Source of the DNA: an uncultured virus (IMG/VR IMGVR_UViG_3300034062_003925)
Lineage: Duplodnaviria > Heunggongvirae > Uroviricota > Caudoviricetes
Virus record (IMG/VR): IMGVR_UViG_3300034062_003925
Coordinates: 54,967 to 74,966 of that record
Length of the DNA: 20,000 nucleotides
Reading direction: 5' to 3' (one strand)
In this document: positions 1-9,070 of the stretch, in pieces
How positions within the stretch are numbered: position 1 is the stretch's first letter
How the letters are laid out: every line of letters begins with the position of its first letter
Translations under genes and position numbers: made by a program
Notes under the pieces: generated by a model
Told to the model about the DNA's origin: nothing
Databases searched by the model: none
Seen by the model: only the letters and a program-made list of their open reading frames with translations

Positions 1-585
1 ATCGGTTGCTAACGAAGCAAAGAGGTGATTACAAACATATTCAGAATAAAATAATTCCAACCTGCCCATATTCAAACTATATCCGTATGGAAACTCTGAT
101 GATACTGACATAAATTCTGTGGTGTTATATGTGTCTAAGTTTGTGTAGTTATAAGGATAATCAAACTCTAACTCAAGTCGGTTAGTATAATTAATTGAAT
201 TAAGGTGACTCTGTTTATAATGACTTTCTAATCCACTTCTTACTTGATTAATAGTATGTTGATGATATAATGGTCTCTCACTATTATAAAGGTCAAAATA
301 GTGGTCTAATTGACCAATAGGTTCTTTGTATTCAATGATGTCTATAAGGTTAATCTGTTTAACTCCTAAAGAAGTTAAGACCTCTTTGTTTTCTTTGTAA
401 AAAGATTCTTTGATTACCGATAAGTCTAATATTTTATCTGAGTTGGTATTACCATTGACAACATAAAATGTTTTAAAGTCGGTTACCTGTAATCGGGTTG
501 TTTTTGATTTATCTATTTGACTTAAAATATAATCGGCTAATTTGTTAACAATACCTCTTCTTGAATTTGGGTTAATATATCTCAT
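1..585 (-). CDS. Hypothetical protein, partial (runs off left edge); possibly a highly diverged S-adenosylmethionine synthetase-like fold
   Basis: Manual translation from ATG at 585: MRYINPNSRRGIVNKLADYILSQIDKSKTTRLQVTDFKTFYVVNGNTNS...SEFPYGYSLNMG..., open to position 1. Not in the ORF track. The MetK resemblance is by eye only. Confidence 0.75.
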   Translation of the reverse strand, partial: MRYINPNSRRGIVNKLADYILSQIDKSKTTRLQVTDFKTFYVVNGNTNSDKILDLSVIKESFYKENKEVLTSLGVKQINLIDIIEYKEPIGQLDHYFDLYNSERPLYHQHTINQVRSGLESHYKQSHLNSINYTNRLELEFDYPYNYTNLDTYNTTEFMSVSSEFPYGYSLNMGRLELFYSEYVCNHLFASLATD

Positions 586-641
586 ACACATTTATTATGT
601 GAAATTAATAGTTAAAAAAAAGACAATGTTAAATAGATTAT

Positions 642-667
642 AAAAAAAAAGAGGGATAAACCCTCTT
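642..667 (-). terminator. Intrinsic terminator after the 690-833 gene
   Basis: Minus strand AAGAGGG-TTTAT-CCCTCTT followed by a T-run. Confidence 0.75.
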
Positions 668-689
668 CAATTCTGATAATGTAACAATA

Positions 690-833
690 TTACTTTTTAT
701 TGTAATACTTCTCAACTACTTTCTTGATTGACTCTTGAATAGTAGGGGATTTAACTTGTTGAGATTGGCTAGGTTGAGCACTTTGTGCTGGTTTAGCCTG
801 AGTTCCATTATTTTTGTTTTTACATCCGCACAT
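690..833 (-). CDS. Small 47-aa protein with N-terminal CGC motif
   Basis: Manual translation MCGCKNKNNGTQAKPAQSAQPSQSQQVKSPTIQESIKKVVEKYYNKK*; TATTTAT motif upstream on the minus strand (873-883) and terminator downstream. Confidence 0.7.
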   Translation of the reverse strand: MCGCKNKNNGTQAKPAQSAQPSQSQQVKSPTIQESIKKVVEKYYNKK

Positions 834-947
834 GGTAAATTATTTTTAAAGGTTTATTTTTAGTTTTATTATATAAATAAATATCTCCAATAATCTTAAT
901 TTGTAAATAAAATCAATTATTTTATTAATTACAAGGTATTTATTAAT

Positions 948-2360
948 ATGAGAAAAAAAATCATACTAACTGAAAGTAAACTACGTAAGATAGTTAGGAA
1001 TATAGTTGAACAGGTAGAAGACGAGTTTTATAAAATAAGTCCTGAAGAGTATGTGGAGTTAATGAAGTTATCTGGGTATCATGGGAAAGGAATTAGTAAG
1101 TTACCAAAGTTCCAAGGTAAACCATTATGGATAACAGGAGATTTAAACCTTAGTCATACACCAACGGATTCCTTAGGTAATGTTGGATATATTGAAGGTT
1201 CGTTAAATATTGCTAATACAAACATATCAGATATTTCAGGTATAGAGGTGAAAAGATATGTTTGGGATAGTGACACACCAATCGAAAGAAAAAGAAAGGC
1301 TCGTGAATTAGCCATAAAAATGGCGGATGGTGAGGAAAGAAGACAGAATAATGAATGGTCGATAGATGATATGGATGATGAAGGTCTTAAAGCCAATGCG
1401 TTATTTAAATGGTTAGTAAGTGAAGGTGAGATTAAAGAGTTGGACGATGAACAAAAAGAAACACTTAAAAATTTAAAGATTGAATTAGAACGATTAACTG
1501 AGGAATACGACAAAGAAGAGGAGTCTGATAGATATAATCAATTGAATGATAGGATTAGTGAGATTGAAGATGAAATAAGTGAATTGGAAGAAGACACTGC
1601 GGATGTTTATAATATATTTCCAACCACATATAAGTTCTATGGTATGGGACAATTTGAGGTTATTGGTGTGGATGACTTAGTGAATAGAATGTATACTGTA
1701 GGTACGGACTCGGAAATGGAAGAAGGGGCTTTAGATTACGCTGAAGGGTTTGTTGATGAGGTAGGTGTCGAAGGATTAAATAAAAGTTTTATTGAAGACC
1801 ATATTGATACAGATTATCTTAAAAGTTATGTTGAAGATTATTATGAGGATGATATTTGGCAAAATCCTGATGTATACTTTAATGATGATGATTTTGAACT
1901 AACTACAGAACAAGAAGAACGACAAGAACATTTGGAAACTTATATTGAAGAGTTAGACGAATATATTGAAAGAATGGAAGAACAACAATCTGATTTAGAG
2001 GATGAGATTGAAGATGCTGACGAATATTCACAAAGACATGATGAGATTCAAAAAATGATTGATGACGCGACAGAGAATCGTGATAAAGCCCAAGATGAAT
2101 TAGATAATATTGAACCAGATAAAGAACCAACTCAAGAAATGGTTGACAAAGTTGTTGAGGGTAGAGTTAATGATGCGTTGTATAACCCAATATCGTTTAT
2201 TAATGACTGGGGTTTAGATATTAAAAATTTTATTGATGAAAAAGAATTAGCTCAAGCGTTAGTTGATACTGATGGATGGGGGGTTATGAATGGTTATGAT
2301 GGTAGTTACGATTCGGAAAGTTTTAACGGTGAAACATATTATATCATGAGAGTTGAGTAA
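948..2360 (+). CDS. Hypothetical, very acidic coiled-coil protein with short LRR-like segment
   Basis: 470-aa ORF, D/E-rich heptad stretches, GDLNLSHT..GSLNIANT repeats, N-terminal KIILTESKL motif. Confidence 0.85.
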   Translation: MRKKIILTESKLRKIVRNIVEQVEDEFYKISPEEYVELMKLSGYHGKGISKLPKFQGKPLWITGDLNLSHTPTDSLGNVGYIEGSLNIANTNISDISGIEVKRYVWDSDTPIERKRKARELAIKMADGEERRQNNEWSIDDMDDEGLKANALFKWLVSEGEIKELDDEQKETLKNLKIELERLTEEYDKEEESDRYNQLNDRISEIEDEISELEEDTADVYNIFPTTYKFYGMGQFEVIGVDDLVNRMYTVGTDSEMEEGALDYAEGFVDEVGVEGLNKSFIEDHIDTDYLKSYVEDYYEDDIWQNPDVYFNDDDFELTTEQEERQEHLETYIEELDEYIERMEEQQSDLEDEIEDADEYSQRHDEIQKMIDDATENRDKAQDELDNIEPDKEPTQEMVDKVVEGRVNDALYNPISFINDWGLDIKNFIDEKELAQALVDTDGWGVMNGYDGSYDSESFNGETYYIMRVE

Positions 2361-2405
2361 CTCTATTTATTTATTGTAAAACTTTATTTATATTTTTTTA
2401 GTAAA

Positions 2406-3197
2406 ATGAGTATGGTTAGAAAAAATAAATTAAAGTTTGTGATGGATACAGATTGGTTATTTGAAGGAGTTATCGATTCCGAACAAAAACAATATATCTT
2501 ACTTGGATATTTCCAAAAACTAAATAAAAATCTTGAGGAGATGAAGGTGTACCCTATGTTCACCGAACTATCCCTACATTTAGGGAATATACAAACTTTA
2601 CTTAATCAAAATCAAATTTTATATACTGAAAAAATTTTATCGTCCTTTGACGATGAGTTAATGTTATCTGACCTTAAGGTTAAGAATATTCCTGTCATGG
2701 CTGAAGATGAGTTTTTGGAATATCAAAAGATTCTAAAATATAGTCACCCAAAATTACTGGATTATTTTGGAATAACTAAGTCAATATGGTCTATTGTGTA
2801 CGACTCAATAAATATTAATGTTAAAAAAAACAAGAACAATTTAGAATCAAAAATTGGATTTTTTTACTATAAGACTAAAGAAGTCTTATATGTTTGGAGA
2901 TATAATACAAGAAAAATGTCCAAAACAGATATACAAAGTAAAACATTTTTGAAATTAATATATCAAGGTAAAGAAGATGATTTGACAATTAACGATATTA
3001 TCCTTAATTTTTTATCAACTAAAGAAAAAGTTAAGACCCATAAATTTCCATTATTTGAAGTTTTGTGTGATGAGATATTCCCTTTAGAGGAAACACTGGT
3101 TCCGATATTCAAAAGGAAGATTATGTCTTACATTATTCAGACAGTTAAAAAAGAAAATAATCAAACTAAAAAAATATTATTAAATGGGGTTCAATAA
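2406..3197 (+). CDS. Hypothetical protein
   Basis: 263-aa ORF, overlaps the start of the next gene as in an operon. Confidence 0.8.
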   Translation: MSMVRKNKLKFVMDTDWLFEGVIDSEQKQYILLGYFQKLNKNLEEMKVYPMFTELSLHLGNIQTLLNQNQILYTEKILSSFDDELMLSDLKVKNIPVMAEDEFLEYQKILKYSHPKLLDYFGITKSIWSIVYDSININVKKNKNNLESKIGFFYYKTKEVLYVWRYNTRKMSKTDIQSKTFLKLIYQGKEDDLTINDIILNFLSTKEKVKTHKFPLFEVLCDEIFPLEETLVPIFKRKIMSYIIQTVKKENNQTKKILLNGVQ

Positions 3198-3381
3198 AAG
3201 AATTGTTACATTAGAAAATATAAAAGAATTTTTAAAAAACGAATATTCGTTATCAAAAGTTTTTTCTGCCGATGCTTTAATCTTTACTGATGATGCGTCC
3301 ACAAAAATATTCAAACTATATGAAAAAGGTGTTGAAGATAAAGAAATTTTAAAAATGATTGAGAATGGAGAAATTGTTTAA
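3184..3381 (+). CDS. Small hypothetical protein
   Basis: 65-aa ORF overlapping both neighbours. Confidence 0.7.
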   Translation: MGFNKRIVTLENIKEFLKNEYSLSKVFSADALIFTDDASTKIFKLYEKGVEDKEILKMIENGEIV

Positions 3382-3553
3382 TACTAAATTACTTTTTTCA
3401 AAATTAAGACAACCATTGGATTTGAAATTTATCAGTTCTAATATCTTAAAGACGAATCAATTTGAGGCTAAAGAATATTTGGATGGTTTGGTTGAAGATG
3501 GAATCCTTAGTAAAGAAAATAATTACTACACTATAAAAAATAAAAACAAATGA
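3359..3553 (+). CDS. Small hypothetical protein, possible winged-helix (start may be 3365)
   Basis: 64-aa ORF; EAKEYLDGLVEDGILSKENNYYTI resembles a wHTH recognition helix plus wing; ATGA overlap with the next gene. Confidence 0.65.
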   Translation: MRMEKLFNTKLLFSKLRQPLDLKFISSNILKTNQFEAKEYLDGLVEDGILSKENNYYTIKNKNK

Positions 3554-4668
3554 CAAAAATTGAATACATATGGCTTGATGGTTATACGCCTGAACCAAAT
3601 TTAAGAAGTAAAATTAAAGTTGTTGAAGAACAAAACTGTGAATTACATAAAATTCCTGAATGTAATTTTGATGGGTCATCAACACTACAGGCGGAAGATA
3701 ATAATTCTGATTGTATTTTAAAACCTGTGAGAGTTTATTGGACAAATGTTGACACATCTAAAATATACGTTTTATGTGAGGTTATGAATCCTGATGGGAC
3801 TCCTCACGAAACTAATAGAAGAGCACAGTTAGGTGACGAAGATAATGATATGTGGTTTGGATTTGAACAAGAATATTTTATCCGTGAAGGTAAAAACAAA
3901 CCAGTGTTAGGACATAGTGAAGGGTTGATTGAAGGTCAAGGAAAATACTATTGCGGTGTAGGTTCTAATGTTGTTGGTAGAGATATTGTTGAAGAGCACA
4001 TGGATTTATGTTTAAATATGGGAATCACCATTACAGGTGTGAACGCTGAAGTGGCTTTAGGACAATGGGAATATCAAGTATTCTCAAAAGGTAAATTAAA
4101 GGCTGGTGACGACCTTTGGATGTCGAGATATCTAATGGAAAAACTATCTGAGAAATATGGATATTATATTGAATACCATCCTAAACCGATTAGACATGGT
4201 GAATGGAATGGGTCAGGATTACACACAAACTTTTCGACAGATATAATGAGAAATAAGGGTGGGGAGGAATACTTCAACGTAATATTTAATTCTTTGGAAT
4301 CAAGAAGATATCAACATATTGAAGTTTATGGTTCAGATAATGAACTAAGACTTACAGGTAAATACGAAACACAATCAATTGATAAGTTCAGTTGGGGGAT
4401 TAGTGACCGAGGAGCATCTATCCGAGTTCCTGTGTCAACGGCTAAAGAGTGGAAAGGTTATATTGAAGATAGAAGACCAGCATCAAATGCAAACCCTTAT
4501 GACATAGTTAAAGTTATTTCTGAAACGATTGATATGGCTAACGAACTTCTCGCAACAACCCACAACATGTATAGTAATGTTAGTGTTAAAAACTTTGATG
4601 AGGTTGCTAAAAAATACAATGGAATCCTTACTACCGAAGAATTATTAAACGAATATAAAAAAGATTAA
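3550..4668 (+). CDS. glnII: Glutamine synthetase, type II (GSII)
   Basis: Motifs EYIWLDG, LRSK, FDGSST.QA, WFGFEQEY, QG.YYCG.G, NAEV..GQWEYQ, HPKP...WNGSGLHTNFST, RLTG..ET, DRGASIR.P, YIEDRRPASN..PY; 372 aa. Confidence 0.95.
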   Translation: MTKIEYIWLDGYTPEPNLRSKIKVVEEQNCELHKIPECNFDGSSTLQAEDNNSDCILKPVRVYWTNVDTSKIYVLCEVMNPDGTPHETNRRAQLGDEDNDMWFGFEQEYFIREGKNKPVLGHSEGLIEGQGKYYCGVGSNVVGRDIVEEHMDLCLNMGITITGVNAEVALGQWEYQVFSKGKLKAGDDLWMSRYLMEKLSEKYGYYIEYHPKPIRHGEWNGSGLHTNFSTDIMRNKGGEEYFNVIFNSLESRRYQHIEVYGSDNELRLTGKYETQSIDKFSWGISDRGASIRVPVSTAKEWKGYIEDRRPASNANPYDIVKVISETIDMANELLATTHNMYSNVSVKNFDEVAKKYNGILTTEELLNEYKKD

Positions 4669-4670
4669 AT

Positions 4671-5063
4671 ATGGAAAAATTTAAACATTTTGTGCCTTTT
4701 CAGCCTTTAATGGAAAATAGATGGATTATTAAAACTCACCCAATAAACATTAACCCGTACTTGTTTAGAAAGTATAAGATGTATAATGAAGGAGAATCAA
4801 TCGTATTCAAAACTGAGTTTTTTGAAACGGTTACAGACTCATATAACCCAAAAGAATTATTGGAGATTACTGATATAACCTTAGAGTATTTAGACCCAAC
4901 AGGAGTTGTTGTTGGAGGATTAAAAATGATTGTTAAGGGTATTAACTTTGAAAGAAAACATTCTTATTCTGGTGACGACTTGATGATAACAAAACTTAGA
5001 GTTATTATTGGTGAGACAGATTTATTATTAGAACCAATTAGTTATGGAGAACCAAAAAAATAA
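4671..5063 (+). CDS. Hypothetical protein, possible short tail-tube (gp19-like) paralog
   Basis: 130-aa ORF; QP..ENRWII and DITLEYLDPTGVVV...YSGDDL..KL recall myovirus tail tube proteins (by eye). Confidence 0.5.
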   Translation: MEKFKHFVPFQPLMENRWIIKTHPININPYLFRKYKMYNEGESIVFKTEFFETVTDSYNPKELLEITDITLEYLDPTGVVVGGLKMIVKGINFERKHSYSGDDLMITKLRVIIGETDLLLEPISYGEPKK

Positions 5064-5277
5064 AGAACAAGTAGACCACCCGAGTCATTATGGGGGAAAA
5101 AATAATGAATATGAAGCCATTAAGGTTATTGATGCTTGGAACTTGGGATTCTCACTTGGGAATACTGTGAAGTATATTTCAAGAGCAGGGAAAAAAGAAA
5201 CAGATAAAGAGTTACAAGATTTGAAAAAGGCTTTATGGTATTTAGAACATCACATTAAAACATTAGAAAAGAAATGA
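5044..5277 (+). CDS. DUF3310 (SaV / T7 gp1.7-like) protein
   Basis: VDHPSHY, EAIKVI, GNTVKYISRAGKK, DLKKALWYL signature. Confidence 0.9.
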   Translation: MENQKNKEQVDHPSHYGGKNNEYEAIKVIDAWNLGFSLGNTVKYISRAGKKETDKELQDLKKALWYLEHHIKTLEKK

Positions 5278-6140
5278 TAGAAAATTATACGGGTAAAGTT
5301 ATTAATGGTGATTGTATTGACATAATGTCAAAAATGCCGATAAACTCAATTGACTTAATTGTGACTAGTTGTCCTTATGGTGTTGGGATTAATTATGATG
5401 TTCATAATGATGATGTATATTTTGATGAATATCTAAAATTTACTAAAGAATGGTTAACTGAAGCGTATCAGTTATTAAAAGACGATGGTAGAATTGCGTT
5501 AAATATCCCCTACGAAATAAATAGACAAGATAAAGGTGGTAGAATTTTCTTTTGTTCTGAAGTCTATCAAGTTATGAAAAGAATTGGTTATAAGTTCTTC
5601 GGTATCGTTGACCTTGAGGAAGACAGTCCCCATAGAAGTAAGACGACTGCTTGGGGTAGTTGGATGAGTCCATCCAGCCCTTATATTTATAACCCAAAAG
5701 AGTGTGTTATATTAGCCTACAAACATAAACATATTAAGACTGTTAAGGGAGAACCCCAATGGAAGGGAGTTCCAACTGATATTGAACAAGAGGATGGAAC
5801 AATTAAGAAAAAAGTTGTTTATGAGGATGTGGATAAGAAAGAGTTTATGGAATTGGTGTTTGGGCAATGGAAATATTTTGCTGACACTAAATCCTTAACC
5901 AAGGCAACATTCTCAATGGATATCCCTACAAGGGCGATTAAGATATTATCTTATAAGAATGATATTGTTCTTGACCCATTCAACGGAAGTGGAACGTCAT
6001 GTGTTGCTGCTGAGATATTAGATAGGAGATGGATTGGGATTGAATTAAGTCCTGATTATTGTGAAATATCTCGTAAACGAATACAAGCATTTGTTGATGA
6101 TAAAAAACAAAGTAAATTAGTTTTTGAAGAAGGGGTTTAA
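5274..6140 (+). CDS. DNA methyltransferase, N4-C/N6-A beta class
   Basis: GDC..IDLIVTSCPY (motif IV variant) precedes VLDPFNGSGTS (motif I) and IGIEL. Confidence 0.9.
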   Translation: MIENYTGKVINGDCIDIMSKMPINSIDLIVTSCPYGVGINYDVHNDDVYFDEYLKFTKEWLTEAYQLLKDDGRIALNIPYEINRQDKGGRIFFCSEVYQVMKRIGYKFFGIVDLEEDSPHRSKTTAWGSWMSPSSPYIYNPKECVILAYKHKHIKTVKGEPQWKGVPTDIEQEDGTIKKKVVYEDVDKKEFMELVFGQWKYFADTKSLTKATFSMDIPTRAIKILSYKNDIVLDPFNGSGTSCVAAEILDRRWIGIELSPDYCEISRKRIQAFVDDKKQSKLVFEEGV

Positions 6141-6155
6141 TCAACCCCTTTTTTT
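6130..6155 (+). terminator. Intrinsic terminator
   Basis: AAGGGGTT-TAATC-AACCCCTT then T-run. Confidence 0.8.
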
Positions 6156-6190
6156 ATTTTCTATGATATTTATAAATAAAAATATATCAT

Positions 6191-7333
6191 ATGAATAAAT
6201 TATCACTTACCGAATCGGAACTAAAAGAAACGATGGTTAAAATATACAAAGAAGAACAAATAAAACTTCTTGACGAAAAATGGAATAAATTATCAGGAAT
6301 TGATAGACAATTTGTTCTTGAATTTTTAAAAGTAATTTACCCTGAAAAGGCTATGTTGGTCACCGAATCTCGTTGGTATAATACAGTTGGGGATATTGTG
6401 GGTATTTTTGACCCTACAGGTGTTGTGGATATTGTTAATGGAATTAGTTATTGGAGACAAGGAGATAAATTATTTGCAATTTTATCTTGGGTATCAGCAG
6501 TACCATATTTAGGAGATTTACTTGCAAAACCTGTTGTGGGTGTTATGAAAATAGGTGGAAGTGCATCCAAAGCGTTTAAAGCCGCAACAATCGCAGGAGA
6601 TGCTACCAAAATGGCTAAGACCGCAAAAATGGCGGGTGGACCTATTGCCAAATTAGTTGAGAAGGTTCCTTCTTGGGGAAGTAAATTAATTGCGATGTTA
6701 AGAGCTTCTGTTGGAAGAGTACCATTATTAGGTACTGGATTAGTAAAAACTGTTGAAGAGTTTGTTAGTATTTTTGGTAAAGCAAGTAAAGAAATGAAAG
6801 CGTCTACCGAAATTACAGGTAAACTTATGGCTAAAGGTGAGGCGGCGTTAACTAAATCTGAAAAAGAATTATTAGCAACCGAGTTAAAGAAACAAAGTTC
6901 ATTTAGAGGTTTCAGAGACTATAAAGGTGAAGGACAAAGTTTTGCAAATAAATATATTTCGGGTGGTATGGGTAGACTTTGGGGTAACAGAGCAACAAGG
7001 TCACTTATGAGAAGAACAAAATGGTATTTAGGATTGTTAGATTTTTTAGGGGTTGCTAATTTTGTTGGTCCTGATGAGTTAGAAGAACAATATGGTAATT
7101 TACAAGGTAGAGTTGATGAATACGAAAAAACTAATCAAGCCCAACAATACGCACAAGAAGATTTAGGTCAAGGAGAGGTTTCCCCACCACCTCCACCGAC
7201 ATCATCAACATCATCAACGTCACCTCAATCTTCAGGAGGTGGAGGAGGAGGGTTAGACCCAGTATCTGCCTTAGCATCATTATTCGGAGGTGGGGGAGGA
7301 ACTGCGAGTAAAGTTATTGGAGCGTTAATATAA
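6191..7333 (+). CDS. Hypothetical protein with pre-toxin-like amphipathic segment and P/S/G-rich tail; possible virion protein
   Basis: 380-aa ORF; DIVGIFDPTGVVDIVNG...SAVPYLGD segment; low-complexity C-terminus; N-terminal LSLTESEL motif. Confidence 0.8.
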   Translation: MNKLSLTESELKETMVKIYKEEQIKLLDEKWNKLSGIDRQFVLEFLKVIYPEKAMLVTESRWYNTVGDIVGIFDPTGVVDIVNGISYWRQGDKLFAILSWVSAVPYLGDLLAKPVVGVMKIGGSASKAFKAATIAGDATKMAKTAKMAGGPIAKLVEKVPSWGSKLIAMLRASVGRVPLLGTGLVKTVEEFVSIFGKASKEMKASTEITGKLMAKGEAALTKSEKELLATELKKQSSFRGFRDYKGEGQSFANKYISGGMGRLWGNRATRSLMRRTKWYLGLLDFLGVANFVGPDELEEQYGNLQGRVDEYEKTNQAQQYAQEDLGQGEVSPPPPPTSSTSSTSPQSSGGGGGGLDPVSALASLFGGGGGTASKVIGALI

Positions 7334-7334
7334 T

Positions 7335-8741
7335 ATGAAAAAGTTAATTAAAGAAAGTGGGTTACGAGATATTAATCTACTAGCTAAAAGATATCCTAAA
7401 GCGGAGATTTATTTCCATCAAGATTTAGATGGTGTTACTACCGCAATTGCGATGAAAAAATATCTTGAGGACAACGGGGTTAAAGTAGTTGATGCCCATG
7501 TCATCCAATACGGGGACAAAGAATTTTCCGTTAAAAAGAATGATGCTCAGGGAGATACAATGCCAGTCCTTGTTGATTTTGCTCACGGTAAACCAATGTT
7601 TGTTATTCATACTGACCATCATGATAGACAAGCGGGAGCTGAGGACACAAAATCAGTATCATTTAGACACTCAAGGTCCAACGTAGAGACAATTTCCCAA
7701 GTGGTATCACCAAGAGAAATATTCCCAAGTAGTGATATCTTATTAATTTCGACTGTAGATTCCGCAAACTTTGCAATGAATGATATTTCTGTTGACCAAG
7801 TTATTAATTACTTATTTAAGTTAGATAAAGATTCGTCTTTAACCAAAAACAAAATGGCTTTAGGTTTGGTCGCAAATAAATTGTTATTGGCCTTTAAAAA
7901 CAAACCAGGGTTTTTAGAAGAACTCGTATTAAAATGTTCACCATCTTTAATGAATATATTACAAAACATTAAAAGAATTATGGTTGAGAAAGGTTATGCA
8001 AAAATACCTGAATTACAAAAGAATAAAGAAACCTATATCAATCAAATGAAAACCAATCCGAATGTTAAAGTTGAGGGTAACATTATTGTTCAATACGGTG
8101 GTGGGAATATGATGAAGCCAGGGTCTTATGATAGATACACCCCATTCAAAAATAATCCTGAAGCGGATTTTATTGTTATTGCTTGGCCGTTAGGTTTGGT
8201 ACAAGCGTCTTGTAATCCTTATAAGAAAGAAAGAGAATTAAAGGGGGTTAACTTAGGAGAAATTGCCCAAGAAGTACTTTCAAAGTGGGAAGGTAGTTTA
8301 AAAGAAAAAGAAATCCCATTATCAACAATTAAGTGGATATCGGAAAGGTCAAAAGGTTTTGGACCGGAGTCTGTCGGTTTTACATTTAAAGACTTTGTTG
8401 CTTTATATGGTAACAAATACAAAACAATGGACAACGGTAAAGAAACATTAACTCATATTGGTAAAATGATGGAAAAACCTTTTACCGAATTATCTGAGGA
8501 GGAAAAAGAGATGTTAGATAAGATTACAATTAATGCTTGGGATTTGATTCAGGCTAACAGTGGGGGTCATAAATGTATCACTAACATTTCGGGTTTAAGT
8601 TATCTTGGAAGGTCAAAAAGACCACCGGCAGGAGCTTATAAATATGATTCTGAGAGCGAAGACTCACCATATGTTAAATTCACAAAAATGATTCAGAATG
8701 AATTTGTGAGAGTTTTACAAAGTAAGATTAATAACGGATAA
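7335..8741 (+). CDS. DHH-family phosphoesterase-like protein
   Basis: Ordered motifs HQDLDG, VLVDF, TDHH and C-terminal SGGH. Confidence 0.8.
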   Translation: MKKLIKESGLRDINLLAKRYPKAEIYFHQDLDGVTTAIAMKKYLEDNGVKVVDAHVIQYGDKEFSVKKNDAQGDTMPVLVDFAHGKPMFVIHTDHHDRQAGAEDTKSVSFRHSRSNVETISQVVSPREIFPSSDILLISTVDSANFAMNDISVDQVINYLFKLDKDSSLTKNKMALGLVANKLLLAFKNKPGFLEELVLKCSPSLMNILQNIKRIMVEKGYAKIPELQKNKETYINQMKTNPNVKVEGNIIVQYGGGNMMKPGSYDRYTPFKNNPEADFIVIAWPLGLVQASCNPYKKERELKGVNLGEIAQEVLSKWEGSLKEKEIPLSTIKWISERSKGFGPESVGFTFKDFVALYGNKYKTMDNGKETLTHIGKMMEKPFTELSEEEKEMLDKITINAWDLIQANSGGHKCITNISGLSYLGRSKRPPAGAYKYDSESEDSPYVKFTKMIQNEFVRVLQSKINNG

Positions 8742-8755
8742 AATCATCCATAATA

Positions 8756-9070
8756 ATGAAATATATAATAACGGAAAATAAGTTAAACAATGTCGTGTTA
8801 AGTTGGATGAACAAAAACTTTGGTTTAGACCAGTTAGAAATTGTTAAATCTGAAAAATATCCTAATTCAATTTTTTTTAAAAAAAATGGAGAAGTTGTGA
8901 TGGAGCAGGATAAAAAAAATAAAGATTTTTTGTTTGATTATGATGAAATTTGGTCATTTTTTGAATCGTTTTTTGGTATGGAATACCAAGAAATACAGGA
9001 ATTTCTGAGTTACTGGTTGGAAGAGACTCTCAAATTAAAGGGTTATACACCGAGCCATTTCCAGTCTTGA
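8756..9070 (+). CDS. Array-linked small protein A (paralog of 10168-10476)
   Basis: 104 aa; shares EIWSF..SFFG.EY.....I/L.YWLEET..LKG.TP with 10168-10476; its C-terminus is encoded by repeat 1 and spacer 1. Confidence 0.85.
   Translation: MKYIITENKLNNVVLSWMNKNFGLDQLEIVKSEKYPNSIFFKKNGEVVMEQDKKNKDFLFDYDEIWSFFESFFGMEYQEIQEFLSYWLEETLKLKGYTPSHFQS

Noticed and set aside
7181..7300. Poly-Pro/Ser/Gly trinucleotide-like repeats
   Set aside because: Ordinary low-complexity coding linker within the 6191-7333 gene.
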